Shown piece by piece: positions 1 through 10,705 of a stretch of 64,000 nt of DNA. Source of the stretch: an uncultured Pseudomonadota bacterium (lineage in GTDB: Bacteria > Pseudomonadota > Gammaproteobacteria > Ga0077536). The notes beneath the pieces are model-generated. The model did no database searches. It was given only the letters and a program-made list of their open reading frames with translations, and had not been told where the DNA came from. The translations under genes were made by a program, and so were the position numbers. The stretch is from contig CACDEI010000002.1 in the NCBI GenBank assembly GCA_902551695.1, positions 1,486 through 65,485 on the forward strand, in the 5' to 3' direction. Within the stretch, counting starts at the first letter, position 1. Every line of letters begins with the position of its first letter.

Positions 1-1043
1 GAGTCAGCATTTTTTAACGCTTCATCTACACCAATTAAATCTTCTTCATATAATTCAAAGAGGGCTTGATCAAAAGTTTTCATCCCTAAATCGTTAGATT
101 TGGACATGATTTCCTTTATACCGTGGACCTCGCCTTTCAAAATAAGATCCGAAATCAAAGGAGAATTTATCAGTATTTCAATAGCCGCCACTCTTCCTTT
201 ACCGTCTGGCTTCCTCAACAGTCTTTGGGAAATCACCCCTTTTAGGTTAAGGGACAAATCTTGCAGTAGTTGCTGTTTTCTTTCCTCTGGAAAAAAATTC
301 ACTATGCGATCCAGCGCCTGATTAGCGCTGTTAGCATGAAGCGTAGCTACGGCCAAATGTCCAGTTTCTGCAAATGCCACCGCAAACTCCATTGTCTCCC
401 TGTCTCTTATTTCGCCCAACAAAATCACATCGGGAGCCTGCCTCAAAGTATTTTTCAACGCTATATCCCAATCGTCGGTATCTACACCAACTTCCCTCTG
501 CATGACAATACAACCTTTATGAGGGTGAACATACTCGATGGGATCTTCTATGGTAATTATATGGCCATGAGAATTAGCATTCCTATGATCAATCAAAGCC
601 GCTAGTGAAGTAGATTTTCCAGATCCAGTTCCACCGACCATTATTACAAGGCCCCGCTTGGTCATGATAATGTCTTTCATCACTGCGGGAAGACCCAATT
701 TATCAATATTTGGAATCTCGGTTTCTATCGCTCTAATTACTAAACCGTTTGAACCTTGTTGAACAAAAGCATTTACTCGAAAACGCCCTATTCCCTTTGG
801 AGAAATAGCAAAGTTACATTCTTTAGTAGCCTCAAACTCCTTTAATTGGCGATCATTCATTATCGCGGAACATAGGGCCTTTGTATCATCACTTAAAAGA
901 GCATGTTCTCCCACGGGGACTATTTTTCCGTCGATTTTCATAGCAGGAGGAAAACCATCTGTTATAAACATATCAGAGCTTTTCTTTTCCACCATTGAAG
1001 CCAAGAGGTCTCGCATCGTCTTTATTGCATTTTCTCTTTCCAT
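1..1043 (-). CDS. pilU: Type IV pilus retraction ATPase PilU (partial; C-terminal end runs off the left edge of the window)
   Basis: Hand translation of the minus strand from ATG at 1043 gives MERENAIKTMRDLLASMVEKKSSDMFITDGFPPAMKIDGK... It has Walker A GGTGSGKST and a PDVILLGEIRD Asp box. The frame stays open to position 1, so it is absent from the ORF track (no stop in the window). It lies directly downstream of pilT, as in Pseudomonas. Confidence 0.85.
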   Translation of the reverse strand, partial: MERENAIKTMRDLLASMVEKKSSDMFITDGFPPAMKIDGKIVPVGEHALLSDDTKALCSAIMNDRQLKEFEATKECNFAISPKGIGRFRVNAFVQQGSNGLVIRAIETEIPNIDKLGLPAVMKDIIMTKRGLVIMVGGTGSGKSTSLAALIDHRNANSHGHIITIEDPIEYVHPHKGCIVMQREVGVDTDDWDIALKNTLRQAPDVILLGEIRDRETMEFAVAFAETGHLAVATLHANSANQALDRIVNFFPEERKQQLLQDLSLNLKGVISQRLLRKPDGKGRVAAIEILINSPLISDLILKGEVHGIKEIMSKSNDLGMKTFDQALFELYEEDLIGVDEALKNAD

Positions 1044-1081
1044 CTATGATCTCCGTTATTTAACATGGCCAAAAAGTCGCG

Positions 1082-2116
1082 TCAGAAATCGTCCTTGTTG
1101 GCAGCTTTAGAGCGAGCATCTGCAACGGTAATTTCATTACGAGACAAAAGATTTTTCAAATTCTGATCCAACGTTTGCATTCCAAACTGTTGTCCAGTTT
1201 GTATAGCAGAATACATTTGGGCTAATTTATTTTCTCTTATCAGATTCCTTATTGCGGGTGTCCCAATCATTATTTCATGAGCTGCAACCCTGCCACCACC
1301 AACTTTTTTGCACAATACCTGTGATATCACAGCCTTCAAGGATTCAGAAAGCATTGCCCTGACCATATCCTTTTCCTCAGCTGGAAAAACGTCAACAATT
1401 CGATCGACAGTCTTAGCAGCAGAGCTGGTGTGAAGGGTTCCAAAAACCAAATGTCCAGTTTCGGCAGCAGATAACGCAAGTCTAATTGTCTCCAAGTCCC
1501 TCATCTCGCCAACCAAAATGACATCTGGATCCTCCCTGAGGGCAGAACGTAAGGCTTCATTAAAACCTAGTGTGTCTCGGTGCACTTCTCTTTGGGTAAT
1601 CAAACACTTTTTACTTTGATGTACAAACTCGATAGGATCCTCAATCGTTAAGATATGACCATACTCCGTCTCATTTTTATGGTCCACCATTGCGGCTAAA
1701 GTTGTCGACTTCCCAGAGCCCGTGGGACCAGTCACCAAGACAACTCCCCTTGGATAGTCGGAAATTTCCTTAAAAATATCAGGCGCATTAAGATCCTTTA
1801 GGCTAAGAATCTTTGAGGGAATAGTACGAAAAACAGCACCAGCCCCTCTATTTTGATTTAAGGCATTTACTCGAAACCTAGCTAGACCTGGAATTTCAAA
1901 GGAAAAATCACATTCTAGAAACTCTTCAAATTCCTTTTGCTGCTTATCATTCATGATGTCATAGACCAGATCACGCACGGCTGTGTTATCCATAGGAGGA
2001 ATATCAATCTTCCTCATATCCCCATCCACGCGAATCATCGGCGGCATTCCAGCCGATAAATGCATATCAGAAGCTCCATTTTTCACCCCAAATGCCAATA
2101 ATTCACCAATATCCAT
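1082..2116 (-). CDS. pilT: Twitching motility ATPase PilT
   Basis: 344 aa ORF with Walker A GPTGSGKST, the Asp box DPDVILVGEMRD and the PilT-specific AIRNLIRENK motif. Confidence 0.93.
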   Translation of the reverse strand: MDIGELLAFGVKNGASDMHLSAGMPPMIRVDGDMRKIDIPPMDNTAVRDLVYDIMNDKQQKEFEEFLECDFSFEIPGLARFRVNALNQNRGAGAVFRTIPSKILSLKDLNAPDIFKEISDYPRGVVLVTGPTGSGKSTTLAAMVDHKNETEYGHILTIEDPIEFVHQSKKCLITQREVHRDTLGFNEALRSALREDPDVILVGEMRDLETIRLALSAAETGHLVFGTLHTSSAAKTVDRIVDVFPAEEKDMVRAMLSESLKAVISQVLCKKVGGGRVAAHEIMIGTPAIRNLIRENKLAQMYSAIQTGQQFGMQTLDQNLKNLLSRNEITVADARSKAANKDDF

Positions 2117-2253
2117 CGCCTCTCCTAGTCGTAGTTTTAATGATTCTTGTGGCCAAGCACTCTATACTTCCAAGTCTAACGTTTACATAATAGGCTGTGT
2201 CCACTTTAACAAGGTCTACCCTTTCTTACCAACCTAATGAAAAGCAAAAATCT

Positions 2254-2949
2254 ATGAGTTATGAATCGATAGACAGTAATTTAAAACAGGTTCGAAGAAA
2301 TATTGATGCTTTAAAAAGAAAATATCGGCGAACTAAGGAAGAGGTTGCTCTTATAGCGGTTAGTAAGGGCCAATCATCTGCCTACATTAGAAGAGCCTAT
2401 ACTCTTGGGATTCAGAAATTCGGTGAAAACTACCTCCAAGAAGCCGAGGACAAACAAAGCGAGCTCGGAGACCTAGAAATCGAATGGCATTTTATTGGTG
2501 CCATACAATCTAATAAGACCTCCTACATTGCCAATAATTTTAGCTGGATACACAGTCTCGAGCGTCTGAAAATTGCTCGCCGCCTCAATGAACAAAGAGG
2601 AAAGGATATGCCTCAACTGAACGTTTTGATACAAATAAACCTACCTGGGGAGACTAAAAGCGGAATACAGCCTGGCGAACTTTCAGAATTTTCCAAGGAA
2701 ATCATGAACCTCGAAAATCTCCGTCTTAGAGGCGTCATGTATTTTCCGCCCAAAACAGACACGTTTGACGAGAGCCTAGCGAAGTATCTAAAAGTGATAA
2801 ACCTAACAAAGTCAATCAAATACATGGATACCCTGTCAATGGGAACCAGCAGCGATTATGAAGCGGCGATCGCAGCTGGAACAACAATGATCCGCTTGGG
2901 CACAACAATATTTGGACCGAGGGTTCAGGGACATGGAGTAAATTTATGA
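2254..2949 (+). CDS. yggS: PLP-binding homeostasis protein, YggS/PROSC family
   Basis: The ORF has the LIAVSKGQS region containing the PLP lysine and a typical alanine-racemase-N fold sequence. The ORF-track start at 2197 is probably too long. ATG at 2254 (MSYESIDSNLKQVRRNI) gives the usual length of about 230 aa. Synteny is pilT / yggS-proC-yggT. Confidence 0.85.
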   Translation: MSYESIDSNLKQVRRNIDALKRKYRRTKEEVALIAVSKGQSSAYIRRAYTLGIQKFGENYLQEAEDKQSELGDLEIEWHFIGAIQSNKTSYIANNFSWIHSLERLKIARRLNEQRGKDMPQLNVLIQINLPGETKSGIQPGELSEFSKEIMNLENLRLRGVMYFPPKTDTFDESLAKYLKVINLTKSIKYMDTLSMGTSSDYEAAIAAGTTMIRLGTTIFGPRVQGHGVNL

Positions 2950-3746
2950 CAAAATATTGTTTCATAGGTGGTGGAAATATGGCAAAAGCGTTGATAGGTG
3001 GCCTAATTTCCAAAGGCATTAACGATAGAGATATAAAAGTAATCGATCCGGATCCTAAGGCAAGAAAAGAGTGCGAATCGCTCTACAAATTAAAAACCTT
3101 TACAAATCTCAAAGCCTCCGGTTGCAATGCTAACGTTACGATCTTGGCCGTAAAACCCAATTTAGTTCACAATGCCTTGACCAGCTTCAAACCGAAGGAT
3201 GAAAGCCTCCTCATTTCTGTGGCTGCCGGAATTACGATTTCGACATTGGAAGGGCTAGTCGGATTAAACAAACCTATTGTTCGATCTATGCCGAACACAC
3301 CAGCCCTGACTGGCAAAGGGGCCACAGTAGTTAAGTCCAACGCTAATGTGAATGAAGATCAAAAAAAGATGGTTGAAGAGTTGTTCGGAGCTGTTGGAAT
3401 CGTACGTTGGATAGAAAGTGAGGAAGATCTCGACGCAGTGACGGCAATATCTGGTAGTGGGCCAGCTTATTTTTTTCTCTTCGCAGAATTGATTGAAAAG
3501 GCCGCCATACAAATCGGACTAGATCAAAAATTGGCTCGCGAGCTATCTTTACAGACGTTCTATGGCTCGGCTCTACTACTTGAAAACTCCTCTGATTCAG
3601 CAAAAACTTTGAGAGAAAAGGTTACATCTCCGGGCGGAACTACAGAAAAAGCACTAGCCTACCTAGAAACAAACAATCTATACTCCTTACTCCTAGAGGC
3701 AATAATGGAAGCTAAGGAACAAGCACAATCCCTTTCAAAACAGTGA
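2946..3746 (+). CDS. proC: Pyrroline-5-carboxylate reductase
   Basis: 266 aa with an N-terminal Rossmann motif FIGGGNMAKALIGG and the C-terminal SPGGTTEKAL motif. It overlaps the yggS stop by 4 nt. Confidence 0.92.
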   Translation: MTKYCFIGGGNMAKALIGGLISKGINDRDIKVIDPDPKARKECESLYKLKTFTNLKASGCNANVTILAVKPNLVHNALTSFKPKDESLLISVAAGITISTLEGLVGLNKPIVRSMPNTPALTGKGATVVKSNANVNEDQKKMVEELFGAVGIVRWIESEEDLDAVTAISGSGPAYFFLFAELIEKAAIQIGLDQKLARELSLQTFYGSALLLENSSDSAKTLREKVTSPGGTTEKALAYLETNNLYSLLLEAIMEAKEQAQSLSKQ

Positions 3747-3753
3747 TGCCCAA

Positions 3754-4329
3754 ATGTCTGATACTTACCTGACCAATGCTCTAATATTTCTTCTCAGTAC
3801 ACTGACCGCTTTTTGCACTTATATCCTACTATGCAGATTTATTCTTCAAATGTTAAATACCGATTTCTTTAATCCAGTATCTCAAGCAATCGTGCGCATG
3901 ACTGACCCACCTCTAAACCCATTACGGCGATTACTTCCATCTTCGAAAAAGTATGACTTCGCAGCTTTTTTAATCGCTTTTAGTTTCCAACTTCTACATG
4001 TAGTCATAGCCGCCTTACTCTACAAATCAAATATTAATTTAGGTGGCACCATTTTAATTGGCCTAGCCAACACACTTCATAAAATGCTCAATCTTTTCAC
4101 CTTCTCAATACTTGGCTACGTGTTAATATCTTGGCTTTCTCATGGCGGATACAACCCCTTTTTAGACCTGATTAAGTCTATAAGTCTTCCCTTACTCTCT
4201 CGGATTCGTCGGTTATTGCCCTCACTTGGTGGGCTAGATTTCTCACCCATGTTAGCAATAATCCTGCTTCAATTAATTATAATGCTAGTTATAATACCTT
4301 TAAGAGATTTTGGACGTTTCTTTTTTTAA
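3754..4329 (+). CDS. yggT: YggT family integral membrane protein
   Basis: 191 aa polytopic membrane protein with duplicated YGGT-type repeats, in the conserved position after proC. Confidence 0.8.
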   Translation: MSDTYLTNALIFLLSTLTAFCTYILLCRFILQMLNTDFFNPVSQAIVRMTDPPLNPLRRLLPSSKKYDFAAFLIAFSFQLLHVVIAALLYKSNINLGGTILIGLANTLHKMLNLFTFSILGYVLISWLSHGGYNPFLDLIKSISLPLLSRIRRLLPSLGGLDFSPMLAIILLQLIIMLVIIPLRDFGRFFF

Positions 4330-4392
4330 CATGAACATTGAATCCATTCTTTTTAAAGGAAAAGACTAAGAAGATTTTCTATTTACTTTTTT

Positions 4393-5535
4393 ATGCACCG
4401 CAAATATATAGATAACGATGTCGGTATAGTCAAAACATCAAAACAGTTCTTCAAAGGGACACTCCAACTGGATTGTGGAGTTACCCTAGAAAACTATGAG
4501 ATCTGCTATGAAACATACGGCAAGCTAAATAAAAGTCGTGATAATGCGGTGCTTGTTTGTCACGCCCTAACAGGAGATCAACACGCTGCCGGAAAATATA
4601 CGGAAGCAGATAAAAAAGCAGGTTGGTGGGACAATATGATAGGGCCGGGCAAGCCTATCGATACAAATAAGTTCTTTGTTGTCTGTCCTAATAATCTTGG
4701 AGGCTGCGGAGGATCCACCGGACCTCTTTCTAATAACCCTGAGACTTCCCGTCCCTATGGTCCAGACTTCCCAATAGTTACTGTTAGAGATTGGGTTGAA
4801 AGCCAAGAAAGTTTGGCCAGGGAAATTGGAATTGAGCAATGGGCCATTGTTATGGGGGGAAGCCTAGGAGGTATGCAAGTACTACAGTGGACGATAGATT
4901 ATCCTGACCAAGTACGCCATGCCATTGTTATAGCTGCAGCACCACGATTATCTACACAAAATATAGCATTTAACGAAATTGCACGCCAAGCGATCCGTTC
5001 GGATCCAGAGTTTCATGGGGGACATTTTTACGAGAAAAACGTAGTGCCAGAGAGAGGCCTAAAAGTTGCTAGAATGATAGGACACCTTACATATCTATCC
5101 GATGACATACTGCACACAAAATTCGGTAGAGACCTAAGAAAAGGAAAAATTGACTTTGGCTTTGATGTCGAATTTGAAATAGAGTCTTATTTGCGACATC
5201 AAGGAGAATCATTCGTCGGAAGATTTGACGCAAACACCTATCTACTAATGACCAAAACTCTAGACTATTTTGATCCAGCCGCCTCTTATGGCGGCGATCT
5301 GACTAAGGCTCTGGCAAAATGTAACTCTCACTTCCTGGTACTATCATTTTCAAGCGACTGGCGATTCTCTCCTAGCCGATCGAAGGAAATTGTCAGGGCT
5401 TTGTTGGAGAATAACCTCGATGTTAATTACTGCCAAATTGAATCAGAATTAGGTCATGATTCCTTTCTATTACCGATACGACAGTATCATCGAATTATTA
5501 GCGCTTACGCTGAACAGGTAAACATATCTAAATGA
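4393..5535 (+). CDS. metX: Homoserine O-acyltransferase MetX (acetyl- or succinyl-transferring)
   Basis: 380 aa alpha/beta hydrolase with the nucleophile motif GGSLGGMQ and a C-terminal GHDSFL. It is followed by metW with a 4-nt overlap. Confidence 0.92.
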   Translation: MHRKYIDNDVGIVKTSKQFFKGTLQLDCGVTLENYEICYETYGKLNKSRDNAVLVCHALTGDQHAAGKYTEADKKAGWWDNMIGPGKPIDTNKFFVVCPNNLGGCGGSTGPLSNNPETSRPYGPDFPIVTVRDWVESQESLAREIGIEQWAIVMGGSLGGMQVLQWTIDYPDQVRHAIVIAAAPRLSTQNIAFNEIARQAIRSDPEFHGGHFYEKNVVPERGLKVARMIGHLTYLSDDILHTKFGRDLRKGKIDFGFDVEFEIESYLRHQGESFVGRFDANTYLLMTKTLDYFDPAASYGGDLTKALAKCNSHFLVLSFSSDWRFSPSRSKEIVRALLENNLDVNYCQIESELGHDSFLLPIRQYHRIISAYAEQVNISK

Positions 5536-6140
5536 AGATAACCGAACTGAGAGCCGAACACCAACTGATCTCCGAGTGGATTACGGACGGGGCGAGAGTT
5601 TTAGATTTAGGTTGCGGAGATGGGGGATTTTTAGCAGCATTAAACAAAGAAAAATCTGTAACTGGCTACGGTATAGAGATAGACCCAGAAAACATTGTAA
5701 AGTGTATCCAGAAAGGCGTTAATGTCATCCAAGCAAACCTAGACGAAGGGTTGAGTGAATTTGAAGAAAGCTCCTTTGACTTTGTGGTAATGACACAAAC
5801 TATTCAAGCGCTGCGATCACCTCATTCAGTAATCAGGGAGATTCTTAGGATTGGAAAAGAGGGAATAGTAACTTTTCCGAATGTCGGGCATTGGCGATGC
5901 AGATTACAATTCATGCTGGGCAAGATGCCGATCACTCGACAACTACCCGAGAGTTGGCACGAGACACCAAATATTCACATCTGCAGCATTAGAGACTTTG
6001 AGGAGCTTTGCAATACTCTAAATATTACGATTAGCGAAAGAGCTATATTAGACGCTCAGCATAGACCCTTTAAAATTATCGAATTAATGCCCAACCTGTT
6101 TGGCGAAATCGCTATCTATCGAACCTGCTTGGCCACCTAG
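5532..6140 (+). CDS. metW: Methionine biosynthesis protein MetW
   Basis: 202 aa with the SAM-MTase-like motif VLDLGCGDG. It is translationally coupled to metX. Confidence 0.88.
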   Translation: MKITELRAEHQLISEWITDGARVLDLGCGDGGFLAALNKEKSVTGYGIEIDPENIVKCIQKGVNVIQANLDEGLSEFEESSFDFVVMTQTIQALRSPHSVIREILRIGKEGIVTFPNVGHWRCRLQFMLGKMPITRQLPESWHETPNIHICSIRDFEELCNTLNITISERAILDAQHRPFKIIELMPNLFGEIAIYRTCLAT

Positions 6141-6166
6141 AATTCGATTTTTAAAAAGTTAAGACT

Positions 6167-6946
6167 TCAATTTTTCAAAGAATATTTATAGGTAATGCTT
6201 AATGGAGCATGATCAGAAAATCGCGATTTCTTATAAATAGTCGCCTTCTCTACTAAATCTGCTAGATCTTTTGTTACCATTTGATAATCGATTCTCCATC
6301 CAACATTATTCTCCCAGGCTCTTCCTCGATTAGACCACCACGTGAACTGATCCGTACGAGAGTTGACTAGTCGAAAGGCGTCATTTAAACCACAGTTTTC
6401 TAAGACCCAATCCAGCCAAGCTCTTTCTTCAGGCAAGAAGCCAGAGTTTTTTTGATTAGAGCGCCAATTTTTTAAATCTTCTTTTTTGTGAGCAATATTC
6501 CAGTCGCCACAAACTACTAAGGACACCTCGTTTTTCTTACATTTTGAAAGCCAAACCCCAAATTGTTTTAAAAATCTGAATTTTGCTGACTGCCTCACTT
6601 CCCCTGAAGAGCCCGAGGGAAAATAAACAGAAACTAGAGAAAGAGCACCAAAGTTAGCGAGCAAAAATCTACCTTCATCGTCAGCCTCTTTAAACCCAAA
6701 ACTGTATTCAACAAATTGCGGCTTAACACGTGAATATATGGCGACACCACTGTAGCCCTTTTTCTGAGCTTCGGAAAAGTAACTGTACCAGTTTGGAGGA
6801 TTCAAAATTTCGTCCGATAGATCACAAACCTGCGCCTTGGTTTCTTGAAGACAAACCACATCAGCTTTTTGACGAGATAGCCATTTTAGGAAACCCTTTT
6901 TGAAAGCTGCGCGGATGCCGTTCAGATTTAAAGAAATAATTTTCAC
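6167..6946 (-). CDS. xth: Exodeoxyribonuclease III / AP endonuclease family protein (Xth/ExoA type)
   Basis: 259 aa. The EEP-nuclease catalytic motifs are all present: NLNGIRA, CLQETK, CGDWNIAH, WRIDYQ, FSDHAPL. It is divergent from pyrE. Confidence 0.85.
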   Translation of the reverse strand: MKIISLNLNGIRAAFKKGFLKWLSRQKADVVCLQETKAQVCDLSDEILNPPNWYSYFSEAQKKGYSGVAIYSRVKPQFVEYSFGFKEADDEGRFLLANFGALSLVSVYFPSGSSGEVRQSAKFRFLKQFGVWLSKCKKNEVSLVVCGDWNIAHKKEDLKNWRSNQKNSGFLPEERAWLDWVLENCGLNDAFRLVNSRTDQFTWWSNRGRAWENNVGWRIDYQMVTKDLADLVEKATIYKKSRFSDHAPLSITYKYSLKN

Positions 6947-7035
6947 TATTTTTTTTAGAGTCTTATTAACGGTAGCTTTGTTAGGTATAATAAAGAGACA
7001 TCTTATACAGCTGAAGAAAAATTGGAAACTAAAAT

Positions 7036-7689
7036 ATGGAAGAATATAAAACAGACTTCCTAGGTTTTGCTATCGAATCAGGAGCCCTTAAATTCGGTGA
7101 ATTCACCTTAAAATCTGGCAGAGTTAGCCCTTATTTCTTCAACACTGGGGCTTTCTCTTCTGGAGCAGCCTTAGCAAAACTAGCTCGAGCCTACTCCATG
7201 TGTATTAACGAGAGAAGCCTAGAGTTTGACATGCTTTTTGGTCCTGCCTATAAGGGAATTCCTCTCGTCAGTGCTATATCGGTTTGCTATTCAGGCCTTT
7301 ACAATCGAGACATTGGGTTTTGCTTCAATAGAAAGGAAGAAAAAAAGCATGGGGAAAAAGGCATGATTGTTGGCCAGGACCTAAAAGGCAATGTGCTGAT
7401 TATTGACGATGTCATCTCAGCCGGAACCTCTGTGCGAGAATCGGTAAAAATCATAGAGGATAAAAGTGCTTGCCCAGTTGCCGTAGTAATCACCTTAGAC
7501 CGCCAGGAGAAAGGATTAGGCTCTGAAACTGCAGTAGAAGAAACTGAGCGCTCACTAAACCTCAAAGTGGAAAGTATTGTCAGTTTTGACGATATAGTGC
7601 ACTATCTTCGAGGAATCGGAAACTTTTTGCCTGAAATAGATGCGCTCCAAGCGTATCACATCACCTATGGAAATAAAGTTAGTGAGTAG
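7036..7689 (+). CDS. pyrE: Orotate phosphoribosyltransferase
   Basis: 217 aa with FGPAYKGIPL and the PRPP-binding motif VLIIDDVISAGTS. Confidence 0.93.
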   Translation: MEEYKTDFLGFAIESGALKFGEFTLKSGRVSPYFFNTGAFSSGAALAKLARAYSMCINERSLEFDMLFGPAYKGIPLVSAISVCYSGLYNRDIGFCFNRKEEKKHGEKGMIVGQDLKGNVLIIDDVISAGTSVRESVKIIEDKSACPVAVVITLDRQEKGLGSETAVEETERSLNLKVESIVSFDDIVHYLRGIGNFLPEIDALQAYHITYGNKVSE

Positions 7690-8290
7690 ATCGAAGCAAG
7701 GCCAACTTTTGGCGTCATTTATTTTCTTAATCTGCTGCTTAGCAAACCCAGCATGGGCAAATATAAAGTGCTGGACAAATGAAGACGGCGTAAGGGAATG
7801 CGGTAATAAAATACCTCCGGAATACTCTCAGGGAGCATCAGTAAAAATTAGCCGAAGCGGAGTTGTAATAGGAGAAGAAGAGGCAGCCAAATCCCTTGAG
7901 ACCATTCGAAAAGAAAAACAGGCTTCGATCAAGGCCGAGGAATCTCGAAAAGCTGACCAAGCTCTTTTGAAGACCTTTTCCTCTACTGAGGATTTGATTT
8001 TGGCGAGAGATAGAAAAGTGGAGCAGATTGACAAGGAAATAATTCTATTAGAATCTAGAATCATAAAACTGGAAGAGAACCTACAAAAAGTTAAGCATCG
8101 AATTGATGCTAACGAAAAGGAGGCTATCTCTGAAAATAGCGATTTAGACGAAAATTTCCAACTGATACTAAATCAAATAAAGGAAAGCCAACGATTTATT
8201 AAAACCAAGGAAAATGAGAGGGACAACATTTCTCTTCAATTTGCGAACGATATTGATAGATTTAACGAGCTACTGAAGCCAGGAAAATAA
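7640..8290 (+). CDS. Secreted DUF4124-like coiled-coil protein (hypothetical)
   Basis: It has a signal-peptide-like LLASFIFLICCLANPAWA followed by IKCWTNEDGVRECGNKIPPEY, which resembles the DUF4124 N-terminal motif. The rest is charged and coiled-coil-like. The start is uncertain: ATG 7640 overlaps pyrE by 50 nt, and ATG 7667 or GTG 7682 are alternatives. Confidence 0.5.
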   Translation: MRSKRITSPMEIKLVSRSKQGQLLASFIFLICCLANPAWANIKCWTNEDGVRECGNKIPPEYSQGASVKISRSGVVIGEEEAAKSLETIRKEKQASIKAEESRKADQALLKTFSSTEDLILARDRKVEQIDKEIILLESRIIKLEENLQKVKHRIDANEKEAISENSDLDENFQLILNQIKESQRFIKTKENERDNISLQFANDIDRFNELLKPGK

Positions 8291-8296
8291 AAAAAT

Positions 8297-9193
<897 letters not shown>

Positions 9194-9221
9194 TTAAACT
9201 GAGTTTTCCTTCTGGACTCTA

Positions 9222-10664
9222 TCAGAACGGTACCGATATCGATGAATCTATTGAAGAGAGGATATCTCGGAATTTTGATTTTACCAATTCTAAAGCTTCT
9301 TCATTCTCTCCCTCAAATCGAAAAACAAGACTGGGCGTAGTATTGGAGGCCCGCACCAGGCCCCAAGAATTCAGAAAATCAACCCGAAAGCCATCTACTA
9401 AAGATATTTCAGCATCTTCTACGAATTGCGTATCTCGTATTTTTTCTATGATTTTTTGCGGCTCACCTTCCTCTAGATTGATATTTATCTCCGGCGTACT
9501 CACCCCCGATAGGACGGAAGAAAAGACCTCAGAAACAGAGTTTGCCGATCTTGATAGTATTTCTACCAATCGAACAGCAGAACAAATAGCATCGTCGAAG
9601 CCATACCACCGCTCTTTTAGAAAAAAATGCCCGCTCATCTCTCCGCCCAAACTTGCCCCAACATCTGACATTGTTTTCTTTATAAAGGAATGGCCCGTCT
9701 TAGAAACAATTGCCACTCCGCCCAGCTTTTCTATTTCTTCCTTCAAGACCCTGGAACATTTAACATCAAACACCACTTTGGCGCCTGTCTCTCTTGACAA
9801 AAGATCCCTCGCGAAAATAATTAGCTGACGATCAGGCCAAATAATCTCACCAGATCTATCAACCACACCAAGCCTATCCGCGTCTCCATCAAAGGCAAGC
9901 CCAAAATCGGCCCGATTGTGCACGATCATTTTTTTCAGGCCTTCTAAATTTTTCGGTTGAGAGGGGTCGGGGTGATGATTAGGAAAATCTCCATCAATAT
10001 TACAAAACATTTCTATTACGTGATGCCCTAATTTTTTCAATATTTTAGGCGCCAGTATCCCAGCCATGCCGTTTCCGGCATCTATCACTATCTTAAGCTT
10101 CTTTTCATGAAAGAATGAACGTTTTTCAATCTCATCTAAGTAGTCATCATCAACATAAAAAGATGACAAACTACCTTTCCCCTTTGAGAATCGTTTATCT
10201 CTTACTCTCTCAAACAGACTTGATATCTCTGGCCCTGATAAACTCTGGCCGTTCAACATTACTTTTAGACCATTGTATTCTTTTGGGTTATGACTCCCTG
10301 TAACCATCACACCGCTCCCAACCTCTAGTAGACTGGTAGCAAAGTAAAGCAGGGGGGTTGGCACCATTCCCACATCAACGACATCAACCCCTGACCGCAA
10401 CAGGCCGGCAATTAAACTCTTAGACAGCCCCTCACTAGTCGCGCGGCAATCTCGACCAACGGCCATTTTCAACAAGCCTTTAGAGACCGCCTCCGCGCCT
10501 ATAGCCCTCCCGATAAGATAAACATTATCCATAGTGAGGTCTGATGCGGTTTTCCCTCTAATGTCATAGGCTCTAAAAATATGAATAGGACATTTTTGAC
10601 AGGCTTGGTTGAGACAAGCTTCATCGGGTTCAACCCATTTTTCTTGTTTTTTTATTTCAGACAT
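9222..10664 (-). CDS. algC: Phosphomannomutase/phosphoglucomutase
   Basis: 480 aa with IFRAYDIRG, the catalytic-Ser loop TGSHNP, the metal site FDGDADR and GEMSGH. The argB-algC-coaBC order matches Pseudomonas. Confidence 0.9.
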   Translation of the reverse strand: MSEIKKQEKWVEPDEACLNQACQKCPIHIFRAYDIRGKTASDLTMDNVYLIGRAIGAEAVSKGLLKMAVGRDCRATSEGLSKSLIAGLLRSGVDVVDVGMVPTPLLYFATSLLEVGSGVMVTGSHNPKEYNGLKVMLNGQSLSGPEISSLFERVRDKRFSKGKGSLSSFYVDDDYLDEIEKRSFFHEKKLKIVIDAGNGMAGILAPKILKKLGHHVIEMFCNIDGDFPNHHPDPSQPKNLEGLKKMIVHNRADFGLAFDGDADRLGVVDRSGEIIWPDRQLIIFARDLLSRETGAKVVFDVKCSRVLKEEIEKLGGVAIVSKTGHSFIKKTMSDVGASLGGEMSGHFFLKERWYGFDDAICSAVRLVEILSRSANSVSEVFSSVLSGVSTPEININLEEGEPQKIIEKIRDTQFVEDAEISLVDGFRVDFLNSWGLVRASNTTPSLVFRFEGENEEALELVKSKFRDILSSIDSSISVPF

Positions 10665-10705
10665 TTTTAGCCCAATTTCATTTTTATAAAAAGCACCCTC
10701 AGACT

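Noticed and set aside
100-605. Plus-strand ORFs 100-321 and 270-605 at the left edge.
   Set aside because: They are antisense to the clearly recognisable pilU reading frame (Walker A and Asp-box motifs), which is open from 1043 to the window edge.
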